Part shown: positions 1-9,054 of the stretch, piece after piece
How the letters are laid out: each line of letters starts with the position of its first letter
Numbering within the stretch: position 1 is the first letter of the stretch
Assembly (NCBI GenBank): GCA_009779855.1
Contig: WRBC01000008.1
Span: forward strand, 8,615 to 72,614
Origin: Coriobacteriia bacterium
GTDB taxonomy: Bacteria; Actinomycetota; Coriobacteriia; WRKU01; WQUG01
Reading direction: 5' to 3'
Length of the DNA stretch: 64,000 bases
Program-made: the position numbers and the translations under genes
Notes under the pieces: model-generated
What the model was told of the DNA's origin: nothing
Database searches by the model: none
The model's input: the letters and a program-made list of their open reading frames with translations, nothing else

Positions 1-1
1 G

Positions 2-658
2 CGCAAGAGTCGCCTGATTTCAGAGGGCGAAAAGTTAACCATTGCTTATCACGAGGCGGGTCACGCGATTGTGGGGCACTATACTCCGCATAGTGATCCA
101 GTGCATAAGGTCACAATTATTCCTCGCGGGGGTTCGTTGGGGTCAACCTGGCAGCTGCCTACCGAAGACAGATTCTTGAAGTCAAAGAAGGAAATGCTCG
201 ATGATATTGCGGTTCTGTTGTCAGGTCGTGCTGCAGAAGAGATTATTTCTGGGGACGTCACTACGGGTGCATCAAACGATATCGAGCGCGCGACAAAGAT
301 TGCAAAGGGCATGGTTATGCGCTTTGGCATGAGTGACGTACTGGGGCCACAGAACTTTGGCGAAGAGCCTGAAAATGTCTTCTTGGGTCGTGATTTTTCT
401 AAGGGTAATGACCACGGAGAAGAGACAGCAGCAACAATTGATCGTGAAGTTGCACGCATTATTAAAGAGGGGCATGACCGTGCCTATGAAATCTTGAAGC
501 GTGAACATGAAATGCTGTTGTTGATGGGTGAAGAACTCATGAAGCAGGAGACACTAGAAGGCGAAGAGCTTGATAAAGTATTTGCCACAGGCAAGGTCAA
601 AGTTGAAGAAAGAGTTTCCTTGCCTGTAGAAAATGTCACAGACGATACTGCTAGCTAG
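2..658 (+). CDS. ftsH: ATP-dependent zinc metalloprotease FtsH, C-terminal fragment (5' end lies outside the window)
   Basis: Translation from position 2 gives ...[13 protein letters not shown]..., the M41 HEXXH zinc motif followed by the FtsH protease domain. The acidic C-terminal tail and the position upstream of folE-folP match the usual actinobacterial ftsH-folE-folP arrangement. Confidence 0.85.
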   Translation, partial: RKSRLISEGEKLTIAYHEAGHAIVGHYTPHSDPVHKVTIIPRGGSLGSTWQLPTEDRFLKSKKEMLDDIAVLLSGRAAEEIISGDVTTGASNDIERATKIAKGMVMRFGMSDVLGPQNFGEEPENVFLGRDFSKGNDHGEETAATIDREVARIIKEGHDRAYEILKREHEMLLLMGEELMKQETLEGEELDKVFATGKVKVEERVSLPVENVTDDTAS

Positions 659-669
659 CGAGAAGCCTC

Positions 670-1230
670 TTGGACCGAGCTAAGATTGAACAGGGTGTGC
701 GTCTGATACTGGAAGGTATTGGGGAAGACGTTGACCGTGAGGGTCTTGTTGACACTCCAAGGCGCGTTGCATCAATGTATGAGGAGATCTGTTCTGGCCT
801 ACATGAGGATCCTGCAGAACACTTTAAGGTAACTTTTGGCGAGCACCATCAAGAGATGGTGCTCGTACGTGATATTCCCCTCTATTCAATGTGTGAACAC
901 CACCTGGCTCCTTTTATTGGGAAGGCGCATGTTGCTTACATTCCGGGCGATAGTGGTCAAATTTGTGGGTTGTCGAAGCTTGCCCGTGTTATTGAAGTTT
1001 TTGCCCGCAGACTGCAGGTGCAAGAACGTCTAACCTCACAGATTGCAGAGAGTATAGTTGACCACTTGAATCCGCTGGGTGTGATTGTTGTGATAGAGGC
1101 AGAGCATCTTTGTATGTCAATGCGCGGCGTACGTAAGCCCGGAGCAGAAACTATCACTTCTGCTGTCCGTGGAATTTTCCGTGATGATTCTAAGACTCGT
1201 GCAGAAGCACTGGCACTCATCCATCGCTAA
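670..1230 (+). CDS. folE: GTP cyclohydrolase I
   Basis: 186 aa; contains MCEHHLAPF and the [14 protein letters not shown] signature of the FolE/T-fold family. Confidence 0.9.
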   Translation: MDRAKIEQGVRLILEGIGEDVDREGLVDTPRRVASMYEEICSGLHEDPAEHFKVTFGEHHQEMVLVRDIPLYSMCEHHLAPFIGKAHVAYIPGDSGQICGLSKLARVIEVFARRLQVQERLTSQIAESIVDHLNPLGVIVVIEAEHLCMSMRGVRKPGAETITSAVRGIFRDDSKTRAEALALIHR

Positions 1231-1249
1231 AGCAAGATACCCTGTTTAG

Positions 1250-2683
1250 GTGAGTAATATGCAGCTTGTAAATAATGCACAAATAATGGGAGTTCTTAAT
1301 GTTACTCCTGACTCGTTCTCTGATGGGGGAGCTTACCTCTGTCCAGATAAAGCAGTAGAGTTTGCTCTAGCTATGATTGATGCAGGTGCGCACGTTATTG
1401 ACGTGGGAGGAGAGTCCTCCCGTCCAGGAGCAGAGCCTGTTTCTGCTAAGAAAGAGCTCTCGCGTATCCTGCCAGCTATTGAAAAGTTACGCATTCGTGC
1501 GCCAGAGGAAGTGCGTATTTCAGTAGATACCTATCATCCTGAAGTGGCTGCTGCAGCCTGCAAGGCAGGTGCGAGCATAATCAATGATATTACCGGTTTT
1601 CGTAATCCGGAAATGATTAAGGTTGCTGTTGAGGCAGGTGCAGATTGCGTAGTCATGCATATGGCAGGAGAGCCGCGCACCATGCAAGACGACCCTTTTT
1701 ATGTTGATGTTGCGCAAGAGGTTTGCGATTACCTGCTAGAAAGTGCACAGCGCTTAGAGGCGGCAGGTATTCCTGCAGAACGCATACTACTGGATCCAGG
1801 TTTCGGGTTTGGAAAGACTCAGAACCACAACCTTGAATTGCTGCTGCAAGCAAATACGATTGCGGGACGCATACATGATGCGGGGTATAGGCTACTTGTG
1901 GGTATATCGCGTAAATCCTTTATTGGTGCTATCTTTGGGACTAATAATGCACTAGACCGCGACGAGGCTTCTGCTGAACTTGTGGCAGCACTTGCGGCGA
2001 GTGGTGCCGACATACTTCGAGTTCATAATCCAGGTTTAACAAGGAACGTCTTAGCAAATATGACCGCTGGTGCAGGTAGAGAAGACACGTCAAATGTCGC
2101 CTACATAGCTTTAGGCTCAAATCTTGGTGGGCCTGTAGCTAATATCGCAGAAGCTCTGTGTTATCTGGATATGCTTCCTTTGACGCAGGTAAAGGAAATT
2201 GCCCCCCCTGTAATGAGTGAGCCAGCATATGACACAGATCAAACGCCTTTCACCAATACGGTTTGCTGCATTGAGACACAGATGGGCGCTTTGGCACTTT
2301 TTTCCTACCTGCAGGCAATCGAGGTTGATATGGGACGAGAAAAAACACGGGAGAACGGGCCACGTGTTATTGACCTAGATTTGCTGAGTTATAACGATGA
2401 AGTTATTGACCTGCCTGGTCTAACAGTGCCGCATCCGCGCATGAACGAGCGTGCTTTTGTGCTGGATCCCTTGCGGGAGATTGCGCCAGGATTTACTCTG
2501 CCTGACGGTTCTCGTCTTGAGCCTGCCTCAGAGGTATACGGGGCCATTACAGCCCAAATTCCACTAGAGTTATTGCAGTCAGAAATTAATCAAAGAAAAC
2601 AGCAAAAGCTAAGAGCAGCAAGGCGCGGAAACAAAGACAGTCAAAACCCTTATGATTGGAACAGCTGGAGAGGATCTTCATGA
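1250..2683 (+). CDS. folP: Bifunctional dihydropteroate synthase / 2-amino-4-hydroxy-6-hydroxymethyldihydropteridine pyrophosphokinase (FolP-FolK fusion)
   Basis: The N-terminal ~280 aa carry the pterin-binding DHPS motifs (GVLNVTPDSFSDGG, DVGGESSRPGA). The C-terminal ~170 aa are HPPK-like (YIALGSNLG...RVIDLDLL...HPRMNERAFVLDPL). No separate folB is visible between them. Confidence 0.8.
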   Translation: MSNMQLVNNAQIMGVLNVTPDSFSDGGAYLCPDKAVEFALAMIDAGAHVIDVGGESSRPGAEPVSAKKELSRILPAIEKLRIRAPEEVRISVDTYHPEVAAAACKAGASIINDITGFRNPEMIKVAVEAGADCVVMHMAGEPRTMQDDPFYVDVAQEVCDYLLESAQRLEAAGIPAERILLDPGFGFGKTQNHNLELLLQANTIAGRIHDAGYRLLVGISRKSFIGAIFGTNNALDRDEASAELVAALAASGADILRVHNPGLTRNVLANMTAGAGREDTSNVAYIALGSNLGGPVANIAEALCYLDMLPLTQVKEIAPPVMSEPAYDTDQTPFTNTVCCIETQMGALALFSYLQAIEVDMGREKTRENGPRVIDLDLLSYNDEVIDLPGLTVPHPRMNERAFVLDPLREIAPGFTLPDGSRLEPASEVYGAITAQIPLELLQSEINQRKQQKLRAARRGNKDSQNPYDWNSWRGSS

Positions 2684-3690
2684 GTACATACATTCCAGGA
2701 AAAAAGAATTTTACTACCCCTGACTTTTTCGCCTATAAGGAGGCAGAAAAACGTATCGTAATGTGCACTGCCTATGATTACACACAGGCATGCATGGTTG
2801 AGGCAGCGGGAGTCGATGTTATCTTAGTGGGTGATTCGCTGGGAATGGTAACCCTAGGACATGAAAGCACTCTTTCTGTGACGATGGATGACATGTTGCG
2901 TGCAACTACTGCAGTTACTAAAGGTGCCCCAAGTAGTTACGTAGTTGCAGACATGCCTTTTATGAGTTACCAGCCGTCCCAGCAGGAGGGTATGCGCAAT
3001 GCTGCAATACTTATCGCACAGGGAGGAGCGTCGGCAGTGAAGGTTGAGGGTGCTTCTCTTGAGGCGCTGGCTTTCATTGAGGCACTTGTTGCTGCAGGCA
3101 TTCCTGTCGTGGGTCATCTGGGACTTACGCCACAATCAATTAATTCGTTGGGTAGCTATGGCACACAAGCGAAAGAAATTGATAGCGTCATCAGGTTAAT
3201 GATGGATGCACATAGCGTCATGACTGCAGGAGCCTGTGCTATTGTGCTGGAGTGTGTGCCGGCACAGGTTGGTCAAGAATTGAGCGATATGCACATGTTA
3301 CCGATTATTGGCATTGGTTCTGGGGGACACTGCGATGGGGAAGTGCAGGTATTTCATGACTTGTTAGGACTCAGTGACTTTAAGCCGCGTCATTCGAAGC
3401 AGTTCGTAAATGGTGCAGATATTCTAGGTAACGCCCTGAAAGAATATGTTCAGGCTACACGACAAGGAACATTTCCCAGTGAAGACCAATCAGTCAATAT
3501 TGACCAAAAAATTATTGACGATGCTACCCCTGTCTTTGTTGAGCATTTAATGGAAAAGGTAGAGGCCTTGGGTGGCAGTACGGAACTTATCCAGAAGGAT
3601 AATATGATTAGCATAGAGGCAGACTTCGATGGCGAGCCAGAGGATTCCGGCAGGTTCTTTCCTAGAGGGTCGCGTGCTCATCTCAACTAA
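2680..3690 (+). CDS. panB: 3-methyl-2-oxobutanoate hydroxymethyltransferase with a ~70-aa C-terminal extension
   Basis: The MSTYIPGKK... start sits in an ATGA overlap with the folPK stop. It has the PanB motifs (VMCTAYDY, LVGDSLGMV, KVEGA). It is 337 aa against ~265 typical; the extra part is a C-terminal acidic tail. Confidence 0.8.
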   Translation: MSTYIPGKKNFTTPDFFAYKEAEKRIVMCTAYDYTQACMVEAAGVDVILVGDSLGMVTLGHESTLSVTMDDMLRATTAVTKGAPSSYVVADMPFMSYQPSQQEGMRNAAILIAQGGASAVKVEGASLEALAFIEALVAAGIPVVGHLGLTPQSINSLGSYGTQAKEIDSVIRLMMDAHSVMTAGACAIVLECVPAQVGQELSDMHMLPIIGIGSGGHCDGEVQVFHDLLGLSDFKPRHSKQFVNGADILGNALKEYVQATRQGTFPSEDQSVNIDQKIIDDATPVFVEHLMEKVEALGGSTELIQKDNMISIEADFDGEPEDSGRFFPRGSRAHLN

Positions 3691-4519
3691 GGAGCTAAGC
3701 AACCTTAATTCAGGTACTCTGGGCTTTGTTCCAACAATGGGAGCCCTGCATGAAGGACATGTCTCGCTGATTGAGGAATCTGTTCGCCAGTGTGACACGA
3801 CAGTAGTTTCCATATTTGTAAACCCCACTCAATTTGGGGTAGGCGAGGACTTTGATCGTTATCCGCGCACTCTAGAGGCAGATATCATAACAGCAAGGGC
3901 GGCAGGCGCAAATTATATATATGCACCCACAATTAAAGAGGTATACCCTGATTATCCGGAACCTACTTTAGAGAAGAACTCTGATCCAGGGTTACTTGCT
4001 CAAAACTGGGAAGGAAAGTCGCGTCCTGGTCACTTTGAAGGGGTAGTATCTGTTGTGAAAAGATTGTTTGATCTGATCCAGCCAGAAAGGGCTTATTTTG
4101 GAGAAAAGGATTTTCAGCAGTTACGCATAATCGAAGATATGACAGTGAAAATGCAGCTACCCGTGAGAATCGTACGTTGTCCCAGCGTGCGTGATAGCGA
4201 TGGCCTGGCTTTATCAAGCAGAAATCGTTACTTAAGCGCGAAAGACCGAGAGAGTGCTCTAAGCATTTATTCTGCCCTAAGAGTAATGCAGGAGACTATC
4301 TTGCAGAAAAAAAAGACGGATGTGGAAGTATTGCTCGATTTGGCACAGAGCAGGCTAAGTAGAAATATAGACCTAGACTATTTGGCATTAGTAGAAGAGC
4401 AAACCTTGGAGCCTGTTCAGTGGCTAGACTGTGACAATGAGCTGCAGCTACGAGCGATTTTTGCGGGAAAAGTTGGTTCAATTCGACTAATTGACAACAT
4501 AATGCTAGTTACCTCTTAA
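3674..4519 (+). CDS. panC: Pantoate--beta-alanine ligase
   Basis: Contains the VPTMGALHEGHVSL HIGH-like motif of PanC. The start is uncertain: a GTG at 3674 overlaps panB by 17 nt, while the ATG at 3629 would overlap by 62 nt. Confidence 0.8.
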   Translation: MLISTKELSNLNSGTLGFVPTMGALHEGHVSLIEESVRQCDTTVVSIFVNPTQFGVGEDFDRYPRTLEADIITARAAGANYIYAPTIKEVYPDYPEPTLEKNSDPGLLAQNWEGKSRPGHFEGVVSVVKRLFDLIQPERAYFGEKDFQQLRIIEDMTVKMQLPVRIVRCPSVRDSDGLALSSRNRYLSAKDRESALSIYSALRVMQETILQKKKTDVEVLLDLAQSRLSRNIDLDYLALVEEQTLEPVQWLDCDNELQLRAIFAGKVGSIRLIDNIMLVTS

Positions 4520-4527
4520 CAAATTGG

Positions 4528-4620
4528 TTAGTTTAGACTAACATAGATTTTGGTGGTTATTGCCACCATTGTTTTTGTCCCAAAGTTAGTTTAGACTAAC
4601 ATTTAAGTTAGTCTAACAAG
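4528..4620. promoter_or_regulatory. Three tandem DtxR/IdeR-type iron-box-like operators upstream of feoAB
   Basis: TTAGTTTAGACTAACATAG (4528-4546) and TTAGTTTAGACTAACATTT (4586-4604) each match the 19-bp IdeR/DtxR consensus TTAGGTTAGGCTAACCTAA at ~15/19 positions. A third inverted copy, GTTAGTCTAAC, lies at 4606-4616. All sit within ~140 bp of the feoA start. Confidence 0.5.
4551..4577 (+). terminator. Putative rho-independent terminator after panC
   Basis: Hairpin tggtgg-ttattg-ccacca followed by a T-rich tract (ttgtttttg). Confidence 0.4.
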
Positions 4621-4669
4621 TTTCGTCTGATAACGTGCGCGTTCTCAGACCTTCTAGAAGAGGTAAGGT

Positions 4670-4906
4670 ATGACGAGTAAGGTACAGGATTTATATAAGG
4701 TACCAGTTCGCAGAGAGTACACGGTAGTCTCTGTACCGGAAATCGGTCTTTTGCAGGGGCTAGGCATTCGCAGCGGAACAAGAGTTGCCCTGCAAGATCG
4801 GTATGCTTTCGGCGGGCCAGCTCTTCTTAGCATTGAAGATACTTACACGGTTGCGCTAGGTAAAGATGTAGCTTCACAAATAGCTGTTCAGGAGGCTGCC
4901 TCCTGA
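4670..4906 (+). CDS. feoA: Ferrous iron transport protein A
   Basis: 78 aa, SH3-like FeoA, immediately upstream of and translationally coupled to feoB. Confidence 0.75.
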   Translation: MTSKVQDLYKVPVRREYTVVSVPEIGLLQGLGIRSGTRVALQDRYAFGGPALLSIEDTYTVALGKDVASQIAVQEAAS

Positions 4907-4907
4907 T

Positions 4908-6701
4908 ATGAGTAAGTCAAATAAGATAAATCCCCGTGATAAAGTGCTCTTAATGGGCAATCCCAACGTGGGGAAGAGTGTTCTTTTTACCGAGTTCACA
5001 GGTATTCATGCCATTAGCTCGAACTTCGTCGGAACAACAGTGACCTATACTGAAGGACATCTGCCCATCGGCAATAAGGAATACACTCTTATTGATGTGC
5101 CAGGTACGTATTCGCTGCAGTCTACATCGGAAGCCGAGGCTGTTGCAGTGAGTTTTATGCAAAGCGGTGCCCAGGCTATCATTTGCGTTTTAGATGCTAC
5201 TAATCTAGAGCGAAACCTAGTTCTTGCCTTAGAGCTTCAAAGATATAACATCCCTACGGTATATGCTCTAAACCTTACTGATGTAGCAGAGCGTCGCGGC
5301 ATTAAAATCAATGAAAAGCTGCTTGCTCAAGAGTTGGGTGCTCCTGTCATTCCGACAGTTGCTGTTAAGCGAAAAGGTCTTGATGGAATCATTGGTGAAC
5401 TTGACAGTTTACTGTCTGTCACAGAAACCACTGGCAGTGAAGAGGATGAATGTATTGCCTGTAGTAAGTGTTCTCTTTGCCCTGGAGATACAAGTAAATC
5501 AACTACAGGTAAGCCGGAAGACTATCCGCTGAAAGCGAAAGAGATCAGTCGTCGGGTTAGTAAAAAAATAAACTCTAAACCCAGTTTTCTTGATAAATTG
5601 GGTGACGCTAGTGTCAAGCCTTGGCCAGGGATACCCATTGCGTTTTTGGCCATTGCGCTACTTGTTGCTGTGGTTGTCTTTGGTGGACGCATTCTTCGGG
5701 CAGTACTTTTGCTCCCTCTGGTAAATAATATCATCGTTCCCTTTTTTAGAGACTTTTTTGCATCCTTTATCCCGGAAGGTATGCTTCTTAATATCCTAAC
5801 GGGAGAATTTGGAATTTTCGTTATCAGCTTTGAGTGGATATTTGCTCTAATCTTTCCTTATGTGTTGTTCTTCTATATTGCCTTTTCCTTCTTGGAAGAT
5901 TCGGGATACCTACCTAGGATTAGCGTGCTTTTTGACAATGTAATGCGCAGGCTGGGCGTTCAGGGTGGCAGCTTGATTTATGCCATCATGGCCTTCGGCT
6001 GCGCCGTACCCGCAATCATCGGCAGTCGTGCTGCAACATCGCGCAAGGAACGTCTCATCATTACTCTTGCAATTTGCTTTGCTATTCCCTGTATTTCTCA
6101 GTCAGCTGCGGTTATGGCACTTATGGCTGCATATGACTGGTATATGATGCCTTTAATGATTGCTTTTGGATTCTTCCTTTTTGTTGTAGTATCACTAATT
6201 GCTGGCAGGTTTATTAAGGGCAGGGTTGACTCTTTAATTATAGAGGTCCCCAACCTGCTGATTCCCGATGCAAGATCATATGGCAGGAAGCTCCTCATTC
6301 GGATGAGACACTTTCTTAAGGATGCTGAAATCCCTATGATGGCAGCGATTGTATTGGCAGCACTGTTGGCTGAAACGGGCGCGCTCGCCGTTATTGCACG
6401 TGCTGCAGAGCCTTTGGTAAGTCAGTGGCTAGGGATGCCCCGCGAGGCTGTAGTTGCGCTCATATTGGGTATTGTGCGCCGTGAAATGTCAGTGGCACCT
6501 TTACTTGCCCTTAACCTTACCCCATTGCAGGCCTTTGTTGGCGGTGCGGTGTCACTTATGTATATTCCCTGCCTGTCTGTTTTTGCTATTCTCGCCAAAG
6601 AATTTAAGATCAGAATTGCAGTAGCAGTAACTCTGGGCACGATTTTTGTCGCACTCTTTTTAGGAGGAGTCATAAACCACGTTGGGCAACTATTTTTCTA
6701 G
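4908..6701 (+). CDS. feoB: Ferrous iron transport protein B
   Basis: N-terminal G-domain (LMGNPNVGKS, DVPGTYS) followed by the polytopic Gate/nucleoside-recognition membrane domain. A Cys-rich linker (CIACSKCSLCPGD) separates the two. Confidence 0.9.
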   Translation: MSKSNKINPRDKVLLMGNPNVGKSVLFTEFTGIHAISSNFVGTTVTYTEGHLPIGNKEYTLIDVPGTYSLQSTSEAEAVAVSFMQSGAQAIICVLDATNLERNLVLALELQRYNIPTVYALNLTDVAERRGIKINEKLLAQELGAPVIPTVAVKRKGLDGIIGELDSLLSVTETTGSEEDECIACSKCSLCPGDTSKSTTGKPEDYPLKAKEISRRVSKKINSKPSFLDKLGDASVKPWPGIPIAFLAIALLVAVVVFGGRILRAVLLLPLVNNIIVPFFRDFFASFIPEGMLLNILTGEFGIFVISFEWIFALIFPYVLFFYIAFSFLEDSGYLPRISVLFDNVMRRLGVQGGSLIYAIMAFGCAVPAIIGSRAATSRKERLIITLAICFAIPCISQSAAVMALMAAYDWYMMPLMIAFGFFLFVVVSLIAGRFIKGRVDSLIIEVPNLLIPDARSYGRKLLIRMRHFLKDAEIPMMAAIVLAALLAETGALAVIARAAEPLVSQWLGMPREAVVALILGIVRREMSVAPLLALNLTPLQAFVGGAVSLMYIPCLSVFAILAKEFKIRIAVAVTLGTIFVALFLGGVINHVGQLFF

Positions 6702-6711
6702 GAGATAAACA

Positions 6712-7305
6712 ATGCTGAGGTTGATAACAAAGGCTACGCAAAAAATAGAGTACTGGGCACCTAGTACAAAGTTGCTCTACCATATAACTTCCAGGTACTA
6801 CCGCGAAGTGATTGGTAACGAAGTAGATCTTGCGAGTATTACCGCAAATGACGAGGTACTCTTTATCGGTGGAGGTTTTTGTCCCTTTAGCGCAATATTG
6901 CTGCACCAGACAACGGGTGCAAAAATCACAGTTACAGACAACGATTCCGACTGCATTCCTAGGGCGGTCAAAGCAATTAGTCAGCTGGAATTGGGTGACT
7001 GCATTCATATTCAATGCCGCGACGGAGCATGTCCAAACTTTGACCTATCGCAGTTTAGCGTTGTGCACTTCGCACTACAAATCACCCCGTTAAACCAGGT
7101 CTTTGCCGAGGTAGAAAGAAGGGTGAATCCAGGAACAAGACTTCTTGTTCGTAGGCCTAAAAACCATCTAGATAAGATGTACTGTAAGTTTTCAAATGCC
7201 GTGGTGGGCTGTTGTCGTTATGTTCGACATGGGAGTATGAGCAATATTGGGGTGACTCAACTTTACATAAAGCAGAAACCTAGTGTGGCAAGGATTGCTG
7301 CATGA
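6712..7305 (+). CDS. Nicotianamine-synthase-like SAM-dependent (aminocarboxypropyl)transferase-fold protein
   Basis: VLFIGGGFCPFSAILL...KITVTDNDSDCIPRAVKA...CIHIQCRDGAC...FDLSQFSVVHFA follows the NAS/CntL pattern (GSGPLPLTSI, D-x-D, downstream acidic/aromatic). The stop overlaps the next gene in ATGA. Confidence 0.5.
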   Translation: MLRLITKATQKIEYWAPSTKLLYHITSRYYREVIGNEVDLASITANDEVLFIGGGFCPFSAILLHQTTGAKITVTDNDSDCIPRAVKAISQLELGDCIHIQCRDGACPNFDLSQFSVVHFALQITPLNQVFAEVERRVNPGTRLLVRRPKNHLDKMYCKFSNAVVGCCRYVRHGSMSNIGVTQLYIKQKPSVARIAA

Positions 7306-8372
7306 GACAGATGAGTTTACAAAAGAAGCTTTGGTACGGACTTCTTGCGGTTCTTGTCCTATTCGCTTTATCACAGTTTCAGTTAGGTGATTTGTGGCAA
7401 AGCATTACGCGGGTATCGCTCTGGTCTATCGTTTTGCTTGTTGTGCTGCAGGTTGCTACGCAGCTTATGCTGAACGTTCAGTGGTATCAGATAGCAAAGT
7501 TTGCACAGTTAGACATTAGCTTTAGGGATATGCTTCGAATCAATTGTCAGGGGTCAATTATTGACTCCGTCACACCAGGGGTAAAAATTGGCGGGGAAGT
7601 TGTTCGCGCAGTACAGATTAGCCGTGCGGGAAAGTGCAGTGGGGAAGAGGGGGCTGCAATAGTTGCCGTGCAAAAGATAGTTAGTCTGAGCACTTTTATC
7701 TTTGTCAATCTTTTTGTGGTTGGTTATCTTGTGGGAATAGCTCCTTTTCTGCAGGTGCGATATCTGCAGGTTGGGATTTATGGGGTACTGGGGGGATTGC
7801 TACTGCTGTTTGTGGGAGTATTCTTGTTTGCGGACAGACTACTTTTCTTTACCCGGGGAAGAGGGGCTCAGCTTTCCTGCTCATCCCCATCAAAGTGGGC
7901 ACAAATGCGGATAAAAGCTCAAGGTTTCATGATAGTTACACTGTCACAGATTTTACTTTTGCGCGGTAACGTTAAATTGTGTGTATCTTTGCTGGTGCTC
8001 TCATTTTTAGTGTGGCTTATGTATCCGTTGAAGATGTATATACTTATTGCACAGCTTTATCCCGATACTTCAATTGCAGTTATTGCCGCGATTACCTTTA
8101 CGGCTTATCTGGCTGCGCTGATTCCACTATTTCCTGGTGGTTTAGGCGGATTTGAGGGCACAATGGTGACACTTCTTGTAGCAACAGGACTTGCACAAAG
8201 CGGGGCACTAGTGGCTACGATACTTTTTAGGTTCATTACCTTCTGGCTTGTTATGGTATTTAGCTTAGCTTACCTTGCCTTAGATAAGATTGATTTCTCG
8301 AAAATGCGAAGAAGTGAAAGAGCGACTATCGCAAAGGAAGGCAAGATTAAAAGAGGTTATCACTATGCCTGA
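7302..8372 (+). CDS. Flippase-like / lysyl-phosphatidylglycerol-synthase TM-domain family (UPF0104) membrane protein
   Basis: ~8 TM segments. The conserved LRINCQGSIIDSVTPGVKIGGEVVRAVQISRAG block matches the MprF flippase-domain signature (..tPg..GGe..R..). Overlaps both neighbouring genes. Confidence 0.6.
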   Translation: MRQMSLQKKLWYGLLAVLVLFALSQFQLGDLWQSITRVSLWSIVLLVVLQVATQLMLNVQWYQIAKFAQLDISFRDMLRINCQGSIIDSVTPGVKIGGEVVRAVQISRAGKCSGEEGAAIVAVQKIVSLSTFIFVNLFVVGYLVGIAPFLQVRYLQVGIYGVLGGLLLLFVGVFLFADRLLFFTRGRGAQLSCSSPSKWAQMRIKAQGFMIVTLSQILLLRGNVKLCVSLLVLSFLVWLMYPLKMYILIAQLYPDTSIAVIAAITFTAYLAALIPLFPGGLGGFEGTMVTLLVATGLAQSGALVATILFRFITFWLVMVFSLAYLALDKIDFSKMRRSERATIAKEGKIKRGYHYA

Positions 8373-8934
8373 TTATTGGTTCATAAAGCGCATACCAAAC
8401 CTATTGACAGTCTTAAACATGCTACTAGGTCTTTCAGCAATTATTCTAATGATTCGAGGGGGAATCCCTTATATGGAGATCACTATTGCAAGCCTTATCG
8501 CAGTAGGAGGAATTGTAGACTTCTTTGATGGTTATCTTGCACGTAAATGGAATGCAGTCACTGACATGGGTAAGCAACTTGATTCCTTCGCTGACCTGAT
8601 TACTTTTGGTGTTGCCCCTGTATGCTTGCTTTACTTTTTGGCAGCCTATGAACAGTCCCTGTTAATTGTGCTTGTTGCCATTACTTATCCGCTGGCGGGT
8701 ATCTATCGTCTAGCACGATATAACCTCAATGATTTCAAGGATCACTTTATGGGACTTCCGATCACTATAGCGGGCATCTTACTTGCGGCTTATTGTGTCG
8801 GCCACACCTTCTGGTCGCCGCATATTCCACATGCTTTGTGTATTTTCATCACAGTTGTATTTGTACTGTCTTTGTCGGCAGCAATGGTGAGCAGGTTCAG
8901 AGTGAAAAGAGTTCCTGCTTCTTTTGCGGATTAG
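8365..8934 (+). CDS. pssA: CDP-alcohol phosphatidyltransferase (phosphatidylserine-synthase-like)
   Basis: DFFDGYLARKWNAVTDMGKQLDSFADLITFG is the D-G-x2-A-R...G-x3-D-x3-D CDP-OH-P transferase motif. Size and topology are PssA-like. The ATG at 8365 (MPDYWF) overlaps the upstream gene end by 8 nt. Confidence 0.7.
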   Translation: MPDYWFIKRIPNLLTVLNMLLGLSAIILMIRGGIPYMEITIASLIAVGGIVDFFDGYLARKWNAVTDMGKQLDSFADLITFGVAPVCLLYFLAAYEQSLLIVLVAITYPLAGIYRLARYNLNDFKDHFMGLPITIAGILLAAYCVGHTFWSPHIPHALCIFITVVFVLSLSAAMVSRFRVKRVPASFAD

Positions 8935-8945
8935 GATAAAAGGTC

Positions 8946-8980
8946 GACAGCTCGTTTCCCTGGATGAGAAACAAGCTGTC
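8946..8980 (-). terminator. Rho-independent terminator, mainly for catalase on the minus strand
   Basis: 13-bp near-perfect inverted repeat gacagctcgtttc / gaaacaagctgtc. On the minus strand it is followed by a T-rich tract. Confidence 0.5.
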
Positions 8981-9054
8981 AGAATTAGCATAAGTCTAAT
9001 GTTTAGGCTTTATAACTAGACCATAAAGGTAGCTGCAGTAATTCTTGCACATAT

